A DNA stretch of 64,000 nucleotides. It comes from Macrostomum hystrix (lineage: Eukaryota; Animalia; Platyhelminthes). This document shows positions 37,627 through 47,972 of this stretch, piece by piece (the first letter of the stretch is position 1; each line of letters begins with the position of its first letter). The stretch spans positions 25,792,001-25,856,000 of the forward strand of contig CATNEN010000038.1 in assembly GCA_950097015.1 (NCBI GenBank), read 5' to 3'. Both the position numbers and the translations under genes were made by a program. The notes under the pieces are model-generated. The model saw only the letters and a list, made by a program, of their open reading frames with translations. It was not told where the DNA came from and ran no database searches.

Positions 37627-39177
37627 TTAGAAGTTCATAATTCCATTGGTGAACTGGAGCCAATTGTCTGCCTCCGTGTTTTCTGCCTCTTCCTGAAGAA
37701 GAAGTTCGATTTCTTGTTGTAGCTGATCTCTCACAGAGACCAACGCCCACAGCAGCACTGTCCGCCTCTGCCTCAGCAGCTGCTGACGAGTCGTTGAAGC
37801 TCTCAGCGTCTCGTTGCTGACGGGCCTTGAAGGACTGGATCGAGATTGATATGAGAATAACAATGAGTTATGAATTACTAATAATGGCTCTTTAATAAAA
37901 ATTGTTCTTTAATGCTGTCGACACTCGTTTGGACCCAGTCGATTCGCAGCCAGTGAGAAGGCCTGACGACTCTCTCATCGTCAGGCAGTGTACACTCTCA
38001 CTGAGCCTTGGAGGTTGGCCCTCTAGGGCGTAAATTGCACGACAAGCCCCCAAGCCTTCTCTCCGCGGCTGCGCCCCAAATGAATGTGGCCTGGCCGCGG
38101 TATCGAGCTCAGGGACGTTGATGCAAGAAGCAAACGCGTTAACCGCTCTTCCACTCACCTCCTATATACCCTGACTTTCTCATCGTCAGGTGGTGTACAC
38201 CCCCCTCATTGTGCCTTGACAGTTGCATGGCCATCATGGGAGTTCAAGCTATACATGACCCAGAGAGGAAAGGTTGCTTCTAAATCGAGGTGAGGATAAA
38301 GACAAGTTCGCATCGACCAAATTCGAAGTAAATTAACGCAAGCAAGCGTTTAGTGATCGTAGGCAGCGACAGGTGAAAATCAATATTTTGATTGTTACCT
38401 CTCCCTCATCCCTATCAGACGCTGTCTATGCCGAGCTGCCGCACTCTTCAATCCGTTACAAGATTCCACGTCAAACTCTTGATCAGCTGACGCTGAAGAC
38501 GCAAGCAAAATTGGCGAAGAAGCTGACGATGAAGCAGCACTCGTTGATGAGCCGCTGGCATTCTCTTTACTAGCTCCTGTCGTGCCAGGCAGCGTTGCCG
38601 CGGTAGCTTCGGCGTGCCAACCGTATGACGGAATGTAGCCTCTCAAAGCGACGCCCTCCTGAATCAGTCGACGCTGAATCGGCATCTGTCGCGGTCCGTT
38701 AAAGCCTTGGCCAACAATTTTGGACACCTCAAGATCTGCTGCGGCGTCGGAACATGCGGCATCGTCCTCTTTTGGCCTCGCGCTAGCATGCTTGTCCTGA
38801 TTAGAGGGCCGATAACCAAGAACCGTAGTAGTCTTTGTACCGTTTAACTCTTCGCAGATGCCGGAGTCGACACTTTTCTGCAGACGCACTGAGGCCCACG
38901 GATTGGTGCGAATACCGGATCGATCGAGCAACAGGTGAGTCTGACTTTGCTGCTGCTGCTGCTGCTGCTGGAAGGTTCCACACTGAGGACAGTAAGTGTT
39001 TAGAAGCTGGCATTGTAGTCGCTCTGCTTCTTGATTTGTTCTGTTTTGCTGTTCCTCAGAAAGCACTTTGGGAATGTCAAGTTCAACTGAAGCTGTCTTT
39101 GCTCGATTGTCTTTCTTCCGTTTGGCAGACTTGCCGCCAAGACACAGAGGCAACTTTTTACTCCAACTTGTGGGCAT
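37627..39177 (-). CDS. Uncharacterised, largely disordered 328-aa protein; exons 39177-38399 and 37834-37627
   Basis: Long ORF with exon-like GC content. Donor AG|gtaac at 38399/38398 and acceptor ccag|T at 37835/37834 join in phase 2 (987 nt). Contains a polyQ run, IRTNPW and DSGICEE motifs, and a C-terminal coiled-coil-like helix. Confidence 0.6.
37960..38225 (-). mobile_element. SINE family B, 5' half plus a duplicated internal fragment, in the intron of the 328-aa gene
   Basis: Matches 60820-61008 (CAAGCCCCCAAGC.TTCTCTCCGCGGCTGC.CCCCAAAT.AATGTGGCCT); tRNA-like head on the minus strand. Confidence 0.8.
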
Positions 39178-39724
39178 GCTGTACTGGTTTAGGATAAAAG
39201 TTGCTGGAAATATAGAATAATAGAACTGATATTGTAGCCAGGCACTTTCACACTCTAAAGCGAAAATGCTTGGCATATACGGTTACAAAATGAATGTATT
39301 AAGCCAGAGCGCCGACACTGCAATCAATTATGTTTTGTGCAATACTGCCCCGCTGTCTCAAACTATTTACGATTCTGATTGGCTAAAAGCGACACACTGC
39401 ATGCCTACTAAAGCGGTATAGGCTATTGGACTGGGCAAAATATGCATAGGGAAAGGGTGGCGTAGTGTACCGCTAACACACTCCATACACATGCACGACT
39501 TGTCGCCAGACAAGATTGGGTCTGCATGGAGCTGTTGGGCCGGTGGCTTAACTTGCCAATGCGGGCATATGCCAGACAGGTTTAACATATTGCTACACAG
39601 TTGCATTGCTTCACTCAGCGAAAACTGGATGAGATATTTTCCTTTTTGCTGACTGTTAGACAGCCATTTTGTATCTTAATTAACACTCTATCCCCTTCTC
39701 ACATGTTCTATGTCTAATTATTTT

Positions 39725-40495
39725 CTGCTTCTCTCTACTCTCCCTAATATTACTCTCTACTCTTCTCTAATCTTCTCTCTACTCCTCTCTCTACTCCTCT
39801 CTACTCCTCTCTCTACTCCTCTCTTCTCCTCTATACTCATCTCTCTACTCCTCTCTACTCCTCTCTACTCCTCTCTTCTCCTCTCTACTCTTCTCTCTAC
39901 TCCTCTTTTCTCCTCTATACTCTCTCTCTACTCCTATCTACTCCTCTCTCTACTCCTCTCTCTACTCCTCTCTACTCATCACTTCTCCTCTCTACTCCTC
40001 TCTCTACTCCTATCTACTCCTCTCTACTCCTCTCTCTACTCCTCTCTCTACTCCTCTCTCTACTCCTCTCTCTACTCCTCTCTTCTCCTCTCTACTCCTA
40101 TCTACTCCTCTCTACTCCTCTCGACTCCTCTCGATTCCTCTCGATTCCTCTCTCCTCTCTACTCCTCTCTTCTCCTCTATACTCCTCTCTTCTCCTTTCT
40201 ACTCCTCTCTTCTCCTGTCTACTCCTCTTGACGCCTCTCGAGTCCTCTCTCGACTTCTCTGTACTCTTCTCTCTACTCCTATCTACTCCTATCTACTCCT
40301 CTCTTCTCTTCTCTACTCCTCTCGTCTCTTCTCTACTCCTCTCTCTCCTCTCGTCTCTTCTCTACACCTCTCTCTACTCCTCTCTACCCCTCTCTCTACT
40401 CCTCTCTCTACTCTCTACTCCTCTCTCTACTCTCTACGATCCTCTCTACTGCTCTTCTCTACTCCTATCTCTACTCCTCTTCTCTACTCCTATCT
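39725..40495. repeat. Pyrimidine-rich (CTCCTCTCTA)n 10-12-bp repeat
   Basis: Low-complexity tandem array. Confidence 0.93.
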
Positions 40496-41021
40496 CATAG
40501 ACTTTCATAGTCACTAACTGTGCCAAATTAATGTCAGGGTTAACTGCGATTTAACCAATTTAACCAAGTTAGAGATTATGGTGCCATGTGACATCTGAAG
40601 CTTGTGGTCAAATTCTCCATTGCATTTAGATTTGCCTATTTGTAAAGTTTTTTTCCTTTGTAGACAGTTTAGACTAGCTTTCGACTTTGTTTTAACAAAT
40701 CTTGGTTTTCAAAGGAGCTGTAAGCCCATGCAGTGCTCAACATTCTGATGCAACAGATTGCATATTAGATTTTGTTTGAATGAGGTCGTTTCCTTTCTAC
40801 GTGTATGTCAAATACTAATTACTTCCTGTCGCAATTAAATTATGCAAAAATATGCAAAAAAATTTTGGCTGGTCGTTTTCTAGACAAGAAACTTTTGTGC
40901 CGAAATGCTGTTTGCGGCTTATTTATATTAGGAAAACAAATAACCCGAATATAACAGTGACTCATGTTTCTAAACTCCTCCCATTGTCTATGCATTATGA
41001 ACTGCCCTCTAAACCCTGTTT

Positions 41022-41621
41022 TTACTCCTCTCTACTCCTCTCTATACTCCTCTTTTCTCCTCTCTACTCCTCTCTACTCCTCTCTACTCCTCTCTACTCC
41101 TCTATACTCATCTCTCTACTCCTCTCTTCTCCTCTCTACTCCTCTCTCTACTCCTCTCTACTCCTCTCTACTTCTCTCTCTACTCCTCTCTCTACTCCTC
41201 TCTACTCCTCTCTACTCCTCTATACTCATCTCTCTACTCCTCTATACTCATCTCTCTACTCCTCTCTACTCCTCTCTACTCCTCTCTACTCCTCTATACT
41301 CATCTCTCTACTCCTCTCTTCTACTCTCTACTTCTCTCTCTACTCCTCTCTACTCCTCTCTACTCCTCTCTTATCCTCTCTACTTCTCTCTCTACTCCTC
41401 TCTACTCCTCTCTACTTCTCTCTCTACTCCTCTCGCTACTCCTCTCTATACTCCTCTCTACTCCTCTCTACTCCTCTCTACTCCTCTCTACTCCTCTCTC
41501 TACTCCTCTCTACTCCTCTCTACTCCTCTCTACTCCTCTCTACTCCTCTCTCTACTCCTCTCTCTATTCCTCTCTACTCCTCTCTCTACTCCTCTCTCTA
41601 CTCCTCTCTCTACTCGTCTCT
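41022..41621. repeat. Pyrimidine-rich (CTCCTCTCTA)n repeat, second block
   Basis: Same unit as 39725-40495. Confidence 0.93.
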
Positions 41622-42020
41622 ACCCCAATCTATTTTATATTGGTTTGGCTTTTTAATGAAAAATGTAATTAAATGATTAAGGAAAAGATAAAAGATAAAG
41701 AATAAAAATATTTAGATGAAGTTTTTCGGCCTTCAAAGTTAAGCGCATTTAGGACTCAACTAACCCACCTATTTGTGCTGGCTCATTGTTAATCAATTAG
41801 CGGTGTTGCAAAAAATTTATATTTTTTCTACTTCAATAGTACGAGGTACTCATAGTTAAAAACGTTTAAAATATTTGAAAGACGTACCGTTTTTGAAGAA
41901 AATAATTAATTGACAGTAAAAGGGCATCTGCTTTTTAACACTTTGCTTTCGACTAAACTCAATTTACAGCTTCCAATAGTTTATTTTTACGATCTCACAG
42001 AATTAAAAAAGTCAACATGG

Positions 42021-42730
42021 GAATCTCACCATGAGATAAATACAGTCTCTAGAAAATCTCACCTTGAGATAAATGCGGTCTCTAGAAAATCTCACCTTGA
42101 GATAAATACAGTCTCTAGAAAATCTCACCTTGAGATAAATACAGTCTCTAGAAAATCTCACCTTGAGATAAATACAGTCTCTAGAAAATCTCACCTTGAG
42201 ATAAATACAGTCTCTAGAAAATCTCACCTTGAGATAAATACAGTCTCTAGAAAATCTCACCTTGAGATAAATACAGTCTCTAGAAAATCTCACCTTGAGA
42301 TAAATACAGTCTCTAGAAAATCTCACCTTGAGATAAATGCGGTCTCTAGAAAATCTCACCTTGAGATAAATACAGTCTCTAGAAAATCTCACCTTGAGAT
42401 AAATATTGTCTCTAGAAAATCTCGCCTTGAGATAAATACAGTCTCTAGAAAATCTCACCATAAGATAAATACAGTCTCTAGAAAATCTCACCTTGAGATA
42501 AATACAGTCTCTAGAAAATCTCGCCTTGAGATAAATAAAGTCTCCAGAAAATCTCAACATGAGATAAATACTGTCTCTAGAAAATCTCACCATGAGATAG
42601 TTACTGTATCTCGTAAATCTCACCTTGAGATAAATACTTTCTCCAGAAAATCTCAACATGAGATAAATACTTTCTCCAGAAAATCTCAACATGAGATTAA
42701 TACTATATCTAGAAAATCTCATTATGAGAA
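42021..42730. repeat. 33-bp minisatellite (TCTAGAAAATCTCACCTTGAGATAAATACAGTC)n
   Basis: About 21 units; internal inverted repeat ATCTCA-CCT-TGAGAT. Confidence 0.95.
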
Positions 42731-43461
42731 AGCAACTGCATCTACAAAATTTCACAATGAGATGTCTCAAATAAGCAATAAAAATGAATTTCAAAGCCAG
42801 CCCGGTAGGCAGAAACAGGCAGTATTTCTGCAAAGGTGACAAGCGTTGATGACAAAAACAGAATCTAAAATACCGACCCATCCATCCATCAATAACAGAA
42901 ATATATCAAATTAAACGCCCCTCCCTGTCGTCGGTTAGAACTAAAGCACTGGCTAGGCTGCGTAGCAACTAAACTTTTACCGCAACCCGACAATTGACTT
43001 GTCGGATTTCTCTCGCAGCACCGACTATAATAGATATACTCGCATTATATATATGCCTATAGGTCCACGAGCCTTGGCTGCACTTTTGTTCTTTGGTCTC
43101 CGGATCTCTTGTCCGATCTAGCTCGTATAAATGAAATATAGACATAGAAGGGACAGTGAGAGAGATTGTGTGGAGCCATGGATAGATGGATGACCCAAGG
43201 AAGCAGTTCTCGGATGTGAAAAGCAATTATCTTAGCTGAATTTCTCTTTGCCAAAGCTCGCATCTTCCGTGCATGACGATCGCATCGTATATAGTTCCCA
43301 ATTCCCTCCGGTGCTGGGTATTCCGCTCATAAAGTCATCTTCCCAGGAACTGAAATTATAATTAATTAATTTATTATTAGCTAGGTGTCTCCGTTTTGTA
43401 TTCGGGTGTTAGTTTTTACACTAGTAGGGTAAATAAAAACATTTTTAGCGACCAATTTCTC

Positions 43462-44438
43462 ACTGTGTGTGTACTGAGCTTGTTCTCAGTGTGTGTGTAC
43501 TGAGCTTGTTCTCAGTGTGTGTACTGAGCTTGTTCTCAGTGTGTGTGTACTGAGCTTGTTCTCAGTGAGTGTGTACTGAGCTTGTTCTCAGTGAGTGTGT
43601 ACTGAGCTTGTTCTCAGTGAGTGTGTACTGAGCTTGTTCTCAGTGAGTGTACTGAGCTTGTTCTCAGTGTGTGTACTGAGCTTGTTCTCAGTGTGTGTAC
43701 TGAGCTTGTTCTCAGTGTGTGTGTACTGAGCTTGTTCTCAGTGTGTGTGTACTGAGCTTGTTCTCAGTGAGTGTGTACTGAGCTTGTTCTCAGTGAGTGT
43801 GTACTGAGCTTGTTCTCAGTGAGTGTGTACTGAGCTTGTTCTCAGTGAGTGTACTGAGCTTGTTCTCAGTGTGTGTACTGAGCTTGTTCTCAGTGAGTGT
43901 ACTGAGCTTGTTCTCAGTGTGTGTACTGAGCTTGTTCTCAGTGAGTGTGTACTGAGCTTGTTCTCAGTGAGTGTACTGAGCTTGTTCTCAGTGTGTGTAC
44001 TGAGCTTGTTCTCAGTGTGTGTGTACTGAGCTTGTTCTCAGTGTGTGTGTACTGAGCTTGTTCTCAGTGAGTGTGTACTGAGCTTGTTCTCAGTGAGTGT
44101 GTACTGAGCTTGTTCTCAGTGAGTGTGTACTGAGCTTGTTCTCAGTGAGTGTACTGAGCTTGTTCTCAGTGTGTGTACTGAGCTTGTTCTCAGTGTGTGT
44201 ACTGAGCTTGTTCTCAGTGTGTGTGTACTGAGCTTGTTCTCATTGTGTGTGTACTGAGCATGTTCTCAGTGTGTGTGTACTGAGCTTGTTCTCAGTGTGT
44301 GTGTACTGAGCTTGTTCTCAGTGTGTGTGTACTGAGCTTGTTCTCAGTGTGTGTGTACTGAGCTTGTTCTCAGTGTATGTGTACTGAACATGTTCTCAGT
44401 GTGTGTGTACTGAGCTTGTTCTCAGTGTGTGTGTACTG
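43462..44438. repeat. 24-26-bp hairpin minisatellite ACTGAG-CTTGTT-CTCAGT with a variable (GT)n linker
   Basis: About 38 units. Confidence 0.95.
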
Positions 44439-44865
44439 AACGTATTCTTCTAGAACTGAATTTTCTTCTAGAATCAAAGTGGCATTCAGTGTGTGTTCTG
44501 AAGTTTTAAGTTTAAATATTCTTACGTCCACTTTCACAAAAACTAGGCTTTGAAAATTAGGACAACACGTTAATATGAAATCCAATATTTTTTATCATCC
44601 TGTCTACCTGACCTCTTCAATCGGTTCCAACTACTAAAGAGGTCTGAAGTGCCTGGTTTTGTTTGGTTTTGTAAGAGGACAAGTGTGTTATATGAAGCAA
44701 CCGTGATGTGAAAGCTGTGCCCCGACATGAACTTGGCTTTTTTCAGGAAATGAGAATTTTTCCACAAATTTATTTTCGGCGGCGGTAGGAATAACTCACA
44801 CAGTATTACTACTTATATTTGACTACTCATATCGTCCCTTTCTCTTATCTCTAATTTCACTCTAT

Positions 44866-46078
44866 TCAGTGTCACTCTCTTCAGTGTCACACTCTCTTCA
44901 GTGTCACTCTCTCCTTAGTGTCACTCTCTCCAGTGTCACTCTCTTCAGTGTCTCTCTCTTCAGTGTCACTCTCTCTTCAGTGTCACTCTCTTCAGTGTCT
45001 CTCTCTTCAGTGTCACTCTCTCTTCAGTGTCACTCTCTCTTCAGTGTCACTCTCCACAGTGTCACTCTCCTCAGTTGTCACTCTCCTCAGTGTCATTCTC
45101 TCTTCTGTGTCACTCTCTTCAGTTTCAATCTCTTCTGTGTCACTCTCCTCAGTGTCACTGTCTCTTCAGTGTCACTCTCTTCAGTGTCACTCACTTCAGT
45201 GTCACTCTCTTCACTTTCAATCTCTTCAGTGTCACTCTCTTCAGTTTCAATCTCTTCTGTGTCACTCTCCTCAGTGTCACTCTCTTCAGTGTCACTCTCT
45301 TCAGTGTCACTCTCTTCAGTGTCACTCACTTCAGTGTCACTCTCTTCAGTTTCAATCTCCTCTTCAGTGTCACTTTCTCTTCAGTTTCAATCTCTTCAGT
45401 GTCGATCTCTTCAGTGTCACTCTCTTCAGTGTCACTCTCTCTTCAGTGTCAATCTCTTTAGTGTCAATCTCTTCAGTTTCAATCTCTTCAGTGTCGATCT
45501 CTTCAGTGTCACTCTCCTCAGTGTCACTCTCCTCAGTGTCACTCTCTCTTCTGTGTCACACTCTCTTTAGTGTCACTCTCTTCAGTGTCACTCTCCTCAG
45601 TGTCACTGTCTCTTCAGTTTCAATCTCTTCAGTGTCGATCTCTTCAGTGTCACTCTCTTCAGTGTCACTCTCCTCAGTGTCACTCTCTCTTCAGTTTCAA
45701 TCTCTTTAGTGTCAATCTCTCTTCAGTGTCACTCTCATCAGTGTCACTGTCTCTTCAGTTTCAATCTCTTCAGTGTCGATCTCTTCAGTGTCACTCTCTT
45801 CAGTGTCACTCTCTCTTCAGTGTCAAATTTCATTAGTGTCAATCTCTTCAGTTTCAATCTCTTCAGTGTCGATCTCTTCAGTGTCACTCTCCTCAGTGTC
45901 ACTCTCCTCTGTGTCACTCTCTCTTCTGTGTCACTCTCTCTTCAGTGTCACTCTCTCTTCAGTGTCACTCTCTTTTCAGTGTCACTCTCTCCTTAGTGTC
46001 ACTCTCTCTTCAGTTTCAATCTCTTCAGTGTCGATCTATTTAGTGTCAATCTCTATTCAGTGTCACTCTCCTCAGTGA
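44866..46078. repeat. 15-17-bp minisatellite (TCAGTGTCACTCTCT)n
   Basis: Tandem array with TTTCAATC and GTCGATC variants. Confidence 0.95.
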
Positions 46079-46768
46079 CATTCTAATATACCTCGGACAG
46101 AATTCCTAAAGTGCACCCTATTCAGGGGCGAAATGTCTCCATATTTATTTTCCTGATGAACTTTTAATCGACAAAAAGTAGTTTTTTCTATAGCCAAAAG
46201 TACTGATTCGAGCCCAGTGAACGGCAGCCTTGTTTAGGCACGCGATTTATGAACAAAATTCAATCAATAAAAGCAGCCTATTTTATCGAGGAAGTTAGTT
46301 GTGTCTGTTTTTTAGCTCATCTTTTCGAAGCAATTAATCTTGTTGCGTGCCAGAAGACACTGACAGTAAAATCACAGAACCCCACCTGAAAGCTGTCACT
46401 GTGAATGTATGAAAATATAATTTTAAATCGCTTTTCGACTTATTTCCATTTGGTATTTAATCTTGAGGCAAAAATCTACACCGAACAACAAGGTAAAGTT
46501 CATGACTCTATTGAGATCCATTAGAATTATTACCTCAATCAGATCAAGGCATTTTATTACATTCTATGTTCTCTTGAGTTCTAACATACTAGTTTTTTTT
46601 TATTTGAAGTTCATCTTTAAGTTTGATCGATGCATTTAATGCTCCCTGCTATAGTAGGAAAATGTCATCTATAAAAAATGTTTAAATGCTTTAAAAAACA
46701 CTTTAAATTGCGTGATCCATTAATAATATATTTATAGTCAACTTAAAACAGTCTCGAAAAGTTTTCCG

Positions 46769-47240
46769 TATCTTTCAGCTAGCCAATGACCATTTTCCTT
46801 ATCTGTCAGCTAGCCAATGACCATTTTCCTTATCTTTCAGCTAGCCAATGACCAATTTCCTTATCTTTTAGCTATCCAATGACCATTTTCCTATCTTTCA
46901 GCTAGCCAATGACCATTTTCCTTATCTTTCAGCTAGCCAATGACCATTTTCCTTATCTTTCAGCTAGCCAATGACAAATGTCCTTATCTTTCAGCTATCC
47001 AATGACCATTTTCCTTATCTTTTAGCTATCCAATGACCATTTTCCTTATCTTTCAGCTATCCAATGACCAATTTCCTTATCTTTCAGCTAGCCAATGACC
47101 AATTTCCTTATCTTTCAGCTAGCCAATGACCATTTTCCTTATCTTTCAGCTAGCTAATGACCATTTTCCTTATCTTTCAGCTAGCCAATGACCATTTTCC
47201 TTATCTTTCAGCTAGCTAATGACCCTTTTCGTTTATCTTA
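46769..47240. repeat. 31-bp minisatellite (TATCTTTCAGCTAGCCAATGACCATTTTCCT)n containing CCAAT boxes
   Basis: About 15 units, ending ~0.7 kb upstream of the GPCR ATG. Confidence 0.93.
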
Positions 47241-47972
47241 AAGCTGTATAATGCAAATATTTTTAATTTGCATATGCTTATGCTCAGTGTACTCAAATTG
47301 GCATATGCTTTGAGCTGAATAGAATGGTAGTTTTTACTCAACTAATAGGTTTCGTGCCAGAAATCAGCACTTGTTTTTTTGCATTTACAAATAAGAAAAG
47401 AGATACTCCATGCATTCTACTATAATGATTGGTAGTAGTATAATACAGTCATAGAAACATCTCGAGAAACTGTGCCCAATTCCTATTACGCCATTTAATT
47501 TCTACCTGTACGTCTACAGGTATTAAATTTAGCCGCCCTGGCTGACAAAATGCTACCTAAAATACTCAAAGCAAGTTCTCTGTTCTCTCTCTTTCTCACT
47601 CAGTATTTCCCTTTTCTGACTATCGCTGTTATCAAATCGCTTTGCCTATTGATAAGCCATCGTTGGATTGAAGCGAATAGTCGTGCTGCCCTCGCCTCGA
47701 TAGGAATTTAGCATTGCCAACTTATACTGCAGTGGGATGCCAAAAATGCCTACAGCTGGAAATATTTTTGCGCGCTGCTTGACTGGGAGGTATAGCAGCA
47801 ACAAATCTATCGATATCTTCTAGGTGAGCGTGACCAAATCAGTCAATATTAACCGCGCCCAACCCGAACCCGTCCGGACTTGAATCCCAGTCAACTATAA
47901 ACCAGATAAAAGTTTGACTGATTTTTCAACTATTTCTGCTGTTTTAGGTATTGCTTCTATTATGCTAAAGAA

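Noticed and set aside
43462-44438. CRISPR-like array of palindromic repeats
   Set aside because: No unique spacers (only 6-8 nt GT linkers), no cas genes, and a eukaryotic context.
39710-46078. Leu/Ser-rich ORFs over the CT-rich arrays (39710-41676, 44869-46078)
   Set aside because: Low-complexity repeat translations, open in multiple frames.
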